45,531 bases of DNA, taken from NCBI GenBank assembly GCA_019509895.1, contig JAEKLK010000166.1, positions 1 to 45,531 on the forward strand, written 5' to 3'. The stretch is from Betaproteobacteria bacterium (GTDB taxonomy: Bacteria > Pseudomonadota > Gammaproteobacteria > Burkholderiales > SG8-39). The notes under the pieces were generated by a model, which searched no databases, was not told the DNA's origin, and worked only from the letters and a program-made list of their open reading frames with translations. This document shows positions 16,487 to 24,643 of the stretch, one piece after another. Both the position numbers and the translations under genes were made by a program. How positions within the stretch are numbered: position 1 is the stretch's first letter; each line of letters begins with the position of its first letter.

Positions 16487-18031
16487 TCAAGGCGCCGGCG
16501 GCGATCCTTTCTTGGGCGTAGCCTTGCCGGGCGCGATCTGCTCGCGCGCTCCGAGCCGGGCCTGCTGCGCATCGACGGCCAGCTTGTAGGCGACGTAGTA
16601 CTTGAAGATATTGCGCACGTACGTCGTGGTCTCCATGCCGATGCGCCGGGCTACGACGATCTCGACGTTGTCGAACCATTTGTCGGGGTCGAGGCCACGC
16701 TTGGTCGCGTCGGCGCGCATCTTGGCGATGTTGCCGGGGCCGGCGTTGTAGCTGGCGAACGCGAACAGCGTTCGATCCTGCTCGGTGAAGTGAGCGTCGG
16801 CAAAGTAGCGCGTCATGAGCCGGTCCATGTACTTGGCGCCGGCGTGGATGTTGGGCTCGAGCTGCGTGATGTCACCGACGGCGAGTTCCTCGCCGGTCGC
16901 CGGCATGATCTGCATTACGCCGATGGCGCCGACGTGGCTGCGCGCGTCCTGGCGGAGCCTCGACTCCTGGAAACCCTGCGCGGCGAGCATCAGCGGGTCG
17001 AAGTCGTACTTCGCCCCGTATTTCTGGAACAGGCGGACGGTCGCCTGGAAGCGCTTCCACTCGGCGCCGGAAGTGTTGTTGTTGATCTGCTTGATACGCT
17101 TGTGGTAACTCGCGAGCCGCGATTCGATCAGGCCCTGCTTCTTCGCCACGCCGTAGAAGGCGCTCGCCGTTTCGACGAGCTTTGGGCTCCCCTTGCGCAC
17201 CGCCCATCCGGTGCGGCCCTCGGCGCGCAGCACCAGGTCTTGCCGCACCTTGACCTTGGGCAGGACGCGCGCCCACATCAGGGCGAGCCAGTCGTCGACC
17301 ACGACGATCTGGACGACACCGGCCGCCAGCATCTCGAGCTCGTCCTCGCCCTCGAGGGAGGCGGGCAGCTCCACGATCTGCATCGGAGCCTTGCCTTCCT
17401 TGGCAAAGCTCGCGTTCAACGCCGCCAGGCTCTCGTAATAGCTGGTTGAGCGCCGGACATGGACCGTCTTGCCGGAAAGGTCGTCGAGCGTCTCGAGCGG
17501 CGGCGACGCGGGTCCGGTAACCACCAGCTCGCGCACCGGCTTGGCGCCCGCGGCGACGACGAAATCGACCGCTTTCAGCCGTTCCTCGGTGACCGTCAGG
17601 TTCCCGGCCGCAATGTCGCCGCGGCCCTCCACCAGGCCGGAAAGCAGCTTGTCGCGCGGGGTCGGGATGAAAACCAGCGTCAATGGGCGATTACCGAGCT
17701 GCTTCGCGTAGCGTGAGTTCAAGTAGCGCTCGAACTCGCGCAGCAGCTCTGCCGTGATGCCGCGTTCATGGCCCTTGTCGACAAAGTAGAGCGTCCGGCT
17801 GTAGGGCACGAGCACGCGCACCACGCGCCGCTCCAGCATCTGATCGAAATCGCCCGTCCAGGGCTTGTACTCGAGGCTGAGCGCTCGCGGTGCGGTGTCG
17901 GACTTCCCTTGCTGCTGCGCTCCGGCAGGCAGGGCGAAAGACAGCGCCGCGAGCGAAGCGACAACCAGTGCTGCGCGAGAGCGGCCGTCGGTCACTTCAT
18001 TTCTTCGGCACGGGGCTGGACTTCTGGCCAC
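16487..18031 (-). CDS. mltF: Membrane-bound lytic murein transglycosylase F-like (solute-binding-protein family 3 domain plus SLT domain)
   Basis: 514 aa. Signal/anchor, an SBP_bac_3-like N-domain (VVRVLVPYSRTLYFVDKGHERGITAELLREFE...) and an SLT catalytic region ...AAQGFQESRLRQDARSHVGAIGVMQIMPATG...FASYNAGPGN... Confidence 0.85.
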   Translation of the reverse strand: MARSPAPCRRNEVTDGRSRAALVVASLAALSFALPAGAQQQGKSDTAPRALSLEYKPWTGDFDQMLERRVVRVLVPYSRTLYFVDKGHERGITAELLREFERYLNSRYAKQLGNRPLTLVFIPTPRDKLLSGLVEGRGDIAAGNLTVTEERLKAVDFVVAAGAKPVRELVVTGPASPPLETLDDLSGKTVHVRRSTSYYESLAALNASFAKEGKAPMQIVELPASLEGEDELEMLAAGVVQIVVVDDWLALMWARVLPKVKVRQDLVLRAEGRTGWAVRKGSPKLVETASAFYGVAKKQGLIESRLASYHKRIKQINNNTSGAEWKRFQATVRLFQKYGAKYDFDPLMLAAQGFQESRLRQDARSHVGAIGVMQIMPATGEELAVGDITQLEPNIHAGAKYMDRLMTRYFADAHFTEQDRTLFAFASYNAGPGNIAKMRADATKRGLDPDKWFDNVEIVVARRIGMETTTYVRNIFKYYVAYKLAVDAQQARLGAREQIAPGKATPKKGSPPAP

Positions 18032-18043
18032 CGGCTCGCGGCG

Positions 18044-18541
18044 TCAGCCGCCCAGTGCCATCAGCGCGCCGGTAAGAGCGGCGCCGATCGCCGCCATGGC
18101 GAGGCCGGCGAGCCAGGTGCTGCCGCCGGCATGGCGGGCGAGCACCCAGCCGCTGAGGAAGAGCATCACCACGGCGACCAGGCGCGACAGCTTGAGCGCC
18201 GGGCCGAGCTCGCCCATGATGAGGAACGGCACGACCAGCGGGAAGGTCGACACGGTGACCAGCAGAAAGATGCCGAGCGCGCCCTTGAAGTCGTGCGCTC
18301 GCAGGCGCGGCCGGATCTGCTCGCGCGTGCGCTCGGTGATGATGCCGACGAGATACATCACGCCGTCGGTCAGACCCCAGGCGATGTTGCAGCCGAGCGC
18401 CGCGATCATGACGCTGCGCACCTCCTGGCTGCCTGCGGTCGCGACGTTCATTGCGCCGATGAAAGTCATCGCCATCAGCACGCCGAAGATCACCTCCGAC
18501 ACCCGATCGAAGGGGTCCAGCACCCGTCCCGAATGCAGCAT
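18044..18541 (-). CDS. Small integral membrane protein, VIT1/CCC1-like (putative metal transporter family)
   Basis: 165 aa. ...DRVSEVIFGVLMAMTF...WGLTDGVMYLVG... and three further hydrophobic segments. The family call is tentative and the protein is shorter than typical VIT1 proteins. Confidence 0.5.
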   Translation of the reverse strand: MLHSGRVLDPFDRVSEVIFGVLMAMTFIGAMNVATAGSQEVRSVMIAALGCNIAWGLTDGVMYLVGIITERTREQIRPRLRAHDFKGALGIFLLVTVSTFPLVVPFLIMGELGPALKLSRLVAVVMLFLSGWVLARHAGGSTWLAGLAMAAIGAALTGALMALGG

Positions 18542-18628
18542 GCCCGCATCTTCGCGAGGGGCCCGCGGTGCGCGATATTGGACCTTGGTCCCATGGCGGT
18601 TCCGAGGCCCGCAGATGGGTGCGACGAA

Positions 18629-18654
18629 GGCGGCGCCGGACAGACGGCGCCGCC
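18629..18654 (-). terminator. GC-rich hairpin, candidate intrinsic terminator ending the oxidase operon
   Basis: Perfect 10-bp stem GGCGGCGCCG / CGGCGCCGCC with 6-nt loop, starting 10 nt after the lipoprotein stop codon on the - strand. It is followed only by a weak U-tract (UUCGUC), so Rho-independent activity is uncertain. Confidence 0.45.
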
Positions 18655-18664
18655 TGAAATCTAG

Positions 18665-19048
18665 CTACTTATTGCAGGCGTCGAAGCACTGGTCCTTGCT
18701 CCGCTGGGTGTACTGGGTGCAGCGCGCGAAGCACTCATCGAAAGAAGATCCGCCGCCGCCCGCCTGGCAACTGATCGATTGCGCGCGCGACTGCAGCACC
18801 GCCATGTTCCTTTGCGCGGCGTCCTGGTGCGCGAGCGCCAGCTCGGGATAGGTCGCGGTGCCGGCGACGTAGCTCGCCAGGCTCTTCTGCCGCTCGAGCG
18901 AGGTGGCGATCCACGAGCATTCCTGGCGGCGTGCTTCTTCGTTGGCAGGCTTCGGCCGCTTCAGGACTACGTCGTACTCGCTCGGCGCGCGCTCGTTGGA
19001 AGCGCAGGCACAGAGCGCAAGGAAGAGGAATGCGGACCAGATCTTCAT
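18665..19048 (-). CDS. Cys-rich lipoprotein of unknown function, last gene of the oxidase operon
   Basis: ATG 19048 with GGGAGG 4-5 nt upstream. Signal MKIWSAFLFLALCAC. Six further Cys, including a C-terminal FDECFARCTQYTQRSKDQCFDACNK pattern. Confidence 0.55.
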   Translation of the reverse strand: MKIWSAFLFLALCACASNERAPSEYDVVLKRPKPANEEARRQECSWIATSLERQKSLASYVAGTATYPELALAHQDAAQRNMAVLQSRAQSISCQAGGGGSSFDECFARCTQYTQRSKDQCFDACNK

Positions 19049-19057
19049 ATCGCCTCC

Positions 19058-19870
19058 CTAATACGTGAAGGTAGTTGAGTAGAACCCGGCCAAGCCCTCG
19101 ATCTCGCTGTCGCTCAGCACGGCCGCCACATTACGCATGCGCGAGTAAATATCGTTGCGCCGCTCGCCGCTCTTGAAGGCACGCAGCTGCGCGGAGAGAT
19201 ATTGTGCGCCCTGATGGGTGAGCCGGGGGGCTTCCGGGGGACCTCCGGACTGCTCGCCGTGACAGGCGTTGCACGCCGCAATGGCGCGCGTCGGGTCGCC
19301 GCGCGCGACCAGGCGTTCGATCGCTTCGCTGGGCGCCGGCATCTGCGCCGGCGGCAGCGAGCGCACCGGAAAGGCGGCGAAGTGCGCCGAAACGGCGACG
19401 ATCTGCTCCTCGCTGAGCGGCTGCGCGAGCGGCGCCATGACGGCGCTCAGCCGGCTCCCCGACTTGAAGTCGTTGAGCTGCTTGTAGAGTGCGACGGCCG
19501 ACTGGCCGGCGAGATCGGGATAGAGCTTCGGGTCCACCGAACGGCCATCCTTGCCGTGGCAGGCGGTACACGCCGCCGCGAGCTGTGCGCCGATGGCCGA
19601 AGGCCGGTCGAGCGCCTGCATGAGCTCGGCGCTCCACGCCACCCGCGTGGTCGGCTGCGCCTTCGCCTCGCTCGCCGGCTGCGGCGCTGCGGGCGAGCCC
19701 GGCCGCAAGCCGAGCGCGCGGCAGATCGACTCGAAGGCATCGAGGCCGGCGCCGCGCCCCTGGATGATGGGCAGCAGCACGAAGCCGAAAAGCACGGAGA
19801 AGACGAACACCGAGAGGATCGCCACGCTCGCCCAAAGGCGCCACGGACGGTCGAGCGGATCGGTACTCAT
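19058..19870 (-). CDS. Membrane-anchored dihaem cytochrome c (c4-like)
   Basis: 270 aa. N-terminal TM LWASVAILSVFVFSVLFGFVLLPII and two CxxCH haem motifs (CTACHG, CNACHG), each followed by a distal Met-containing segment. The start abuts the subunit I stop. Confidence 0.8.
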   Translation of the reverse strand: MSTDPLDRPWRLWASVAILSVFVFSVLFGFVLLPIIQGRGAGLDAFESICRALGLRPGSPAAPQPASEAKAQPTTRVAWSAELMQALDRPSAIGAQLAAACTACHGKDGRSVDPKLYPDLAGQSAVALYKQLNDFKSGSRLSAVMAPLAQPLSEEQIVAVSAHFAAFPVRSLPPAQMPAPSEAIERLVARGDPTRAIAACNACHGEQSGGPPEAPRLTHQGAQYLSAQLRAFKSGERRNDIYSRMRNVAAVLSDSEIEGLAGFYSTTFTY

Positions 19871-21496
19871 CTATCTACGCTGGTCGACCCGGTGCACCAG
19901 CGCACCGGGGGGATCGATGATGAAGAACTGCGCGAGCGGATAGCCGTAGGCGAGCAGCATCAGCACCAGCACCAGTACGTTCCACAGCCGGAAGCCATTC
20001 AGCGCCGCGGGCACGCGCAGCGGCGGGTGGACCGCGGTTGCGTATACCTCGGCAGGAACGTGGGACGCGCGGCCGATCGCGAACTGCAGCAGGTTGCGCA
20101 CGAACAGCAGCCCGCTCACGAGCAGGATGAGGCCGCCGACCAGAGACACGATCACCCACGGCCCCCAGGCGGCGATGATCGGGTCGGCGTAGTTGAAGGT
20201 GGCCACGCGCCGCCACTGTCCCAGCAGCCCGAGGTAGTGCCAGGGCAGCGTCATCACCAGCATGCCGATGAACCAGAGCCAGAGCTGCAGGCGCTGCGCG
20301 GCGAGCGAGGGCGCGGCGCGCCCGGTGAGGCTCGGCCAGAGGGTGTAGGCGATCGCGAAGTACATGATCACGACCGTGCCGCCGAAGATCAGATGGAAAT
20401 GCGCGGTGACCCACGAGGTGTTGTGCACCATCGCGTTCATGCCATAGCTCATGTTGACCAGCCCGCCGAAGCCGCCGAACGCGAGCATCAGGAAGGCGAG
20501 TCCGGTGGCGAGCACCAGCGGCCGCTCCCACGGCAGCGCGCCGATCCAGCCGAAGAGGCCGCGCCCGCCGCGCAGCCGGCCGGCGATCTCGAGCGACGCA
20601 CCGATGGTGAAGACGGTGAGGAGCGTCGGCACGGAGACCAGCGCGGTCAACGCCACCTGCAGGAACTTGAAGGCGTTGGACTGGTGCGGGTCCATCAGCA
20701 GGTGATGCAGGCCCACGGGCAGGCTGTAGATGAGAAAGAGAACGAAGGTCAAGCGGCCCATGGTGTCGCTGTAGAGGCGCCCGCCCGCCGCCTGCGGCAC
20801 CATCGTATAGAAGGCGATGTACGACGGAATGAGCCAGAAGTAGACGACCGCGTGCAGCGTCCAGGAGAAGAGGGTCCGCGAAAGGCCGACGTCGATCTGC
20901 GCCTTGAGGCCAAGCGCGGCCGGGATCACCTGGAAGAGCAGCTCGAGGGTGACGCCGACGGTGGTCCACAGCCACATGACCGCATTGGCGACAGTCGCAA
21001 ACATGGCGAGCGGCACCGGCCGCCCGGGATTGGCGCCCTTCCACTGGCCCATCGCGACGATCATGAGCACGCACCAGATCCACGAGCCGGCGACCACCAG
21101 CACGAGGCCGATGTAGTAGAAGACGCTGGCGATGAGCGGCGGATAGAAGGTGAAGAGGACCGCGGCGCGGCCGGAAAAGATCGTGACAACCGCCATCAGC
21201 GTGCCGGCGAGCGCCAACCAGAAGCCGGTCCAGGCCCAGCGCGGCGCCGGCAGCGCCCGCGCGAGCGCCGTCTCGGCGACGTAGTAGCCGAAACCCATCA
21301 CCGTGAAGGTCGTCAGGACATAGGCCATCGCCGTGCCGTGCGCCGTCACCGAGCTGAAATAGGTCGAGGCGGTGAGGAAAGGCGCCGGCAGGGGACTGCG
21401 TACCCACATCTGCCAGACGCCCAGCACCAGCGCGATGGCGAAGGCGATAAAGCCGATCCAGAAATGCGCGAGGGCGAGCCGCCTAGCGTGCGTCAC
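19871..21496 (-). CDS. cbaA: Haem-copper oxidase subunit I, B-family (ba3-type)
   Basis: 541 aa. Long collinear similarity to Thermus thermophilus ba3 subunit I as I recall it, e.g. VVYFWLIPSYIAFYTMVPQAAGGRLYSD, LEIAGRLRGGRGLFGWIGALPW, VHNTSWVTAHFHLIFGG. Overlaps the subunit II gene by 14 nt. Confidence 0.9.
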   Translation of the reverse strand: MTHARRLALAHFWIGFIAFAIALVLGVWQMWVRSPLPAPFLTASTYFSSVTAHGTAMAYVLTTFTVMGFGYYVAETALARALPAPRWAWTGFWLALAGTLMAVVTIFSGRAAVLFTFYPPLIASVFYYIGLVLVVAGSWIWCVLMIVAMGQWKGANPGRPVPLAMFATVANAVMWLWTTVGVTLELLFQVIPAALGLKAQIDVGLSRTLFSWTLHAVVYFWLIPSYIAFYTMVPQAAGGRLYSDTMGRLTFVLFLIYSLPVGLHHLLMDPHQSNAFKFLQVALTALVSVPTLLTVFTIGASLEIAGRLRGGRGLFGWIGALPWERPLVLATGLAFLMLAFGGFGGLVNMSYGMNAMVHNTSWVTAHFHLIFGGTVVIMYFAIAYTLWPSLTGRAAPSLAAQRLQLWLWFIGMLVMTLPWHYLGLLGQWRRVATFNYADPIIAAWGPWVIVSLVGGLILLVSGLLFVRNLLQFAIGRASHVPAEVYATAVHPPLRVPAALNGFRLWNVLVLVLMLLAYGYPLAQFFIIDPPGALVHRVDQRR

Positions 21497-22025
21497 AGGA
21501 GACCCTGCCTTGCGCGTCGGGCTTGAACTCGCTCGCCGGCACGACGCGCAGCGTCGCGAACATCTCGCTGTGGCCCAGGCCGCAGTATTCGTGACACGGC
21601 ATCAGCAGCTCGCCGGTGCGCGTGAACACGGTATGCACCTGGCTCACGTAGCCGGGAACGATCATGGTGTTCACGTTGGTGCCGGTCACGAGGATGCCGT
21701 GGATCACGTCGGGCGTTGCGAAGCGCAGCGTGACGCGCTGGTTCGCCGGCAGCACGATGCAGCGCGGCTGGAAGGTGAACTGCGTAGCGACGATGCGGCT
21801 CGTCACCTGGCCCTCCGCCGACACGCGCGTGCCGAGGTTCGCCTCGGTAAATTCGCCCGACAGGTGCAGCGTCTTGGGATCGATCGGCTCGATGTTGCTC
21901 GGCGGGTTGATGTGGTGCACGATGCCGGCGTAGATGAGCGCGAGCATGATGAGGCTCACCACGCCGATCGACACCGCCGCCCAGCGGAGCTCCGACCTGA
22001 CGATCGCTTCTTCGCCGATCGCCAC
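21483..22025 (-). CDS. cbaB: Haem-copper oxidase subunit II, B-family (single TM plus CuA cupredoxin domain)
   Basis: 180 aa. One N-terminal TM. TPDVIHGILVTGTNVNTMIVPGYVS and the CuA site CHEYCGLGHSEM. The short subunit II architecture is typical of ba3 oxidases. Confidence 0.9.
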   Translation of the reverse strand: MAIGEEAIVRSELRWAAVSIGVVSLIMLALIYAGIVHHINPPSNIEPIDPKTLHLSGEFTEANLGTRVSAEGQVTSRIVATQFTFQPRCIVLPANQRVTLRFATPDVIHGILVTGTNVNTMIVPGYVSQVHTVFTRTGELLMPCHEYCGLGHSEMFATLRVVPASEFKPDAQGRVSCDAR

Positions 22026-22028
22026 GGC

Positions 22029-22145
22029 TCAGCTCACCATGCCGCGCGGCAGGAAGACCAACAGGTATACGAGGAACCAGCCGACCAGCAGCAGACCGAC
22101 GCTCAGCGCCGCGAGCGCCAGGGCGCCGCGCGGCACGTCGCGCAT
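22029..22145 (-). CDS. cbaD: Candidate ba3 oxidase subunit IIa (single-TM micro-protein)
   Basis: 38 aa MRDVPRGALALAALSVGLLLVGWFLVYLLVFLPRGMVS. Compare Thermus subunit IIa MEEKPKGALAVILVLTLTILVFWLGVYAVFFARG (from memory): same PxGAL start, one TM, and RG near the end. Ends 3 nt before cbaB. An alternative GTG start at 22175 (48 aa) overlaps the upstream stop as GTGA. Confidence 0.6.
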   Translation of the reverse strand: MRDVPRGALALAALSVGLLLVGWFLVYLLVFLPRGMVS

Positions 22146-22171
22146 CACGCGCTCGAGCTCTTCCTCCGGAG

Positions 22172-22435
22172 TCACACCGTCGCGCCCGCGACCGTGGCGC
22201 CCTTGATGGTGTAGCCGGGCAGGTCCCTGGGTGCCGGATGCGCCTCGATGTACTTGATGTTCTCGAACGGGAACAGGAGCAGCACGCCGTCGCACTCGAC
22301 CAGGAGCTGCCGCGAAGCGAGAATCTCCTTCACCTTGAGCAGCGTGGCGATGTCGTTCGGCGCCTGCTTGGGATAATCGAGCTGCATCTTGGTGCCGTCG
22401 GTGAAGAAGACGGTGAGGCCGCGTCGTTCGGTCAT
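22172..22435 (-). CDS. Hypothetical cytoplasmic protein (87 aa) immediately upstream of the oxidase genes
   Basis: ATG 22435 overlaps the upstream stop (ATGA), with GGGAG upstream. MTERRGLTVFFTDGTKMQLDYPKQAPNDIATLLKVKEILASRQLLVECDGVLLLFPFENIKYIEAHPA... No signal peptide and no motif recognised. Confidence 0.5.
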   Translation of the reverse strand: MTERRGLTVFFTDGTKMQLDYPKQAPNDIATLLKVKEILASRQLLVECDGVLLLFPFENIKYIEAHPAPRDLPGYTIKGATVAGATV

Positions 22436-22806
22436 TTCGGTTTGCTCCCGGTTTTCTTGATATCGCCCACCAGGCGCCACTTGCCGTCGATGCTGCACAG
22501 GTTGTGGCGCATCTCTGATTTGCGGCCCTGTGCCTCGTTGCGCACGCGCAGCTGCGCGCAGTTATGCCCTTTCGAATCGAAGCGCTTGAGCACGGTCATA
22601 TCGCCGCGATGACCCGTTTGCTCGTTCTGCCAGAGGACCGGCTGCTTCTCGACGCCTTGGTCGAGCGTCTTGTACGCCGTGTCGACGAAAAGACGCAGGT
22701 CGGCCTGGTCGAAAAGCTCGGCTGGCGAGCCTTTGAGCAGGCCCTCGAATTCCACCGCCAACGCCGGGCTGGCGAGCAGGCACGCCGCGAGAAGGATCGC
22801 TCTCAT
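22432..22806 (-). CDS. Secreted small protein, possibly surface-antigen-like (two conserved Cys)
   Basis: 124 aa. Signal MRAILLAACLLASPALA. The pattern ...PVLWQNEQTGHRGDMTV...GHNCAQLRV...HNLCSIDGKWRLVG resembles the W-x-N-x-x-T/S-G...C...C-x-x-x-G-x-W layout of 17-kDa/RT0821-type surface antigens. Family call is tentative. Confidence 0.5.
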   Translation of the reverse strand: MRAILLAACLLASPALAVEFEGLLKGSPAELFDQADLRLFVDTAYKTLDQGVEKQPVLWQNEQTGHRGDMTVLKRFDSKGHNCAQLRVRNEAQGRKSEMRHNLCSIDGKWRLVGDIKKTGSKPK

Positions 22807-22854
22807 GGGGCCACGGTAGAGTGATCCGGCGGCCGGCGTAATTGGCCCTTGGGC

Positions 22855-23970
22855 CTAGAAGGCCTCTTTCACATAGATGTAGGCGGTCGTCTCATCGCGG
22901 CCGCGGGCTATGTCGAACGCCACGTTGACTCGCGCCCTTGGCGAGGCGAGGTAGCGTAGCCCCAGGCCGACGCTCGGCAGGGTCGGTGCCTTGTCCATCT
23001 CGCCGAAGGACGGCGCGATCTTGCCCGTGCCGGCGAAGGCCACCGCGCCGAAGCGCCCGCGCAGGGGAAAGCGGTACTCGGCCTGCGCCGCCAGCATGGT
23101 GCGGTCACGGTAGCGGCCGATCTCGTAGCCGCGCAGGTCGGAACCGGCGCCGTAGAGGCAAAGGTCGAAGAGCGGCGTGCGCTCGGAGGCACCGCAGCCG
23201 AAGGCGCGCAGCGCCAGCACCCCGGGCCCGAGACGCCGGTAGTGATTCACCCCGAGGGTGAAGGTGCGATAGCTGCTATCGCTGCCGAAGCTGTGCTCGG
23301 CGAAATTGGCGCGGAAATCGGCGAGCCAGCCCGAGGCCGGGTTCATCTCGTTGTCGCGCGTGTCGAATACGGCGACCGGGCCGATTCCCGAGCTCATGAT
23401 GGTCCCCTTGAGATCGCCGGCCGGCTGGACGAGCGAGGGCGGCACGTCCGCGTCGTCGAGCGAGGTCTCGATCCTTATGCCGCGGTAGCGCACGCCGAGG
23501 AACGCGCGGCCACCGATCTGGAAGAGAAGCTCCGGGACGAACGCGGTGGCCTTCTGCTCGATCGGCACCGACTGTCCGGCGCTGCCCGCTTCGGCTCCCT
23601 TGCCGAAGAAGCGGTAGTGCAGGTCGAAGTAGGCGAGCGTGCCATCGATGCGCAGCCGGTCGCCGCGCAGGCGGGTGCTCTGCGCCGCGCCCACGGCCCA
23701 GCTGCCGCTCGAGGTATAGCCGGCGGCGATCGCGGTGTTCGAGAGCGGCGACTCGGGCCCGAGGTGATAGAACGGCATCACCACCACGCCGAGGCCCGTG
23801 CCGACCGTCGGGTTGGAGATCGGGATCGGCGCGATGACCACGTCCTCGAGGACGTGCGACTGCGTGAGGTTCTTCGACGGGTCGACGCCGATCTCGCGGG
23901 CGAGCGGCACCGGGTCGGCGGCGTGCGCCGCGGCCGCGATGCAGCACGCCGCGGCCACGAGCCGCCTCAC
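22855..23970 (-). CDS. Omp85/BamA-superfamily outer-membrane barrel without POTRA domains
   Basis: 371 aa. Signal MRRLVAAACCIAAAAHA. C-terminal region ...LRGYEIGRYRDRTMLAAQAEYRFPL...AVAFAGTGK...GLGLRYLASPRARVNVAFDIARGRDETTAYIYVKEAF, typical of bacterial surface antigen (D15) barrels and ending in Phe. Confidence 0.75.
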   Translation of the reverse strand: MRRLVAAACCIAAAAHAADPVPLAREIGVDPSKNLTQSHVLEDVVIAPIPISNPTVGTGLGVVVMPFYHLGPESPLSNTAIAAGYTSSGSWAVGAAQSTRLRGDRLRIDGTLAYFDLHYRFFGKGAEAGSAGQSVPIEQKATAFVPELLFQIGGRAFLGVRYRGIRIETSLDDADVPPSLVQPAGDLKGTIMSSGIGPVAVFDTRDNEMNPASGWLADFRANFAEHSFGSDSSYRTFTLGVNHYRRLGPGVLALRAFGCGASERTPLFDLCLYGAGSDLRGYEIGRYRDRTMLAAQAEYRFPLRGRFGAVAFAGTGKIAPSFGEMDKAPTLPSVGLGLRYLASPRARVNVAFDIARGRDETTAYIYVKEAF

Positions 23971-23980
23971 TGCCTACGTC

Positions 23981-24643
23981 CTAGGGAAAGCGCATGCCGA
24001 AGTCGAGGCGCCATTGCGTCCAGGTATGGTCGCCCTGGGCGCCACCCTGGTCGAGCTTCTGTGCCATTACCAGGCCGCGCACGAGGTAGGGACCGATGTC
24101 CCAGCGTAAGCCGCCGCCCGCGTTCCACGCGAACTTGGTGGTGTTCTGCGTCGGCACATACGAGCTGCAGACCGTGCCATACCACGGGTAGTACCAGCAG
24201 GAATTCTGCGGCGGCCCGGAGGGAAGGTCGGTGTAGACATGTGTCCAGCCGGCCCCGCCGGTCACGAAGGGCGTGAGCGGCGTGCTGAGGATGTTCCAGG
24301 TGCCGACGAAGCGCACGCTACCGGTGTCGATGTAGCCGCTCGAGTTGAGCGCGGCGGAGGGGTTGCCCGCCGCCGGTTGCAGCGTCGTGCGGTAGTAGGC
24401 CTGGCTCCACGCGAGCTCGACGCCCGCCGACAGGTTGGGCGTGAAGTTGCGGGCGAAGCCGACGCCGAAGCCATAGCCATCGTCGGTCCTTGCCGTCGTG
24501 CCGCCCTCGAACGTGCGGCTCTGGCTGTTGGTGAAAATCGGCGAGATGTAGAACTCGTTGGTGCGCGCGCGGCTCTGCCCCTGCGCCAGTGTCGGCGCGA
24601 GGCCGGCGAGCACAGCGACGATCGCGAGATCCTTCAGCTTCAT
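23981..24643 (-). CDS. Small outer-membrane beta-barrel protein (OmpW/OmpA-barrel-like size)
   Basis: ATG 24643 with AAGGAG upstream, overlapping the receiver gene stop (ATGA). Signal MKLKDLAIVAVLAGLAPTLAQG. Alternating aromatic/Gly strands. Ends ...WRLDFGMRFP. Confidence 0.65.
   Translation of the reverse strand: MKLKDLAIVAVLAGLAPTLAQGQSRARTNEFYISPIFTNSQSRTFEGGTTARTDDGYGFGVGFARNFTPNLSAGVELAWSQAYYRTTLQPAAGNPSAALNSSGYIDTGSVRFVGTWNILSTPLTPFVTGGAGWTHVYTDLPSGPPQNSCWYYPWYGTVCSSYVPTQNTTKFAWNAGGGLRWDIGPYLVRGLVMAQKLDQGGAQGDHTWTQWRLDFGMRFP

Noticed and set aside
18542-18628. Possible metal riboswitch (for example yybP-ykoY type) in the leader of the VIT-like gene
   Set aside because: I could not find the conserved riboswitch core sequences. 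The region contains only short GC hairpins, and most of the spacer is explained by the upstream operon's terminator hairpin.
19202-21526. 774-aa ORF antisense to oxidase subunit I
   Set aside because: The composition is low-complexity Arg/His/Glu/Asp-rich with no motifs. It lies opposite a gene with unambiguous ba3 subunit I similarity. This is a typical high-GC antisense shadow ORF.
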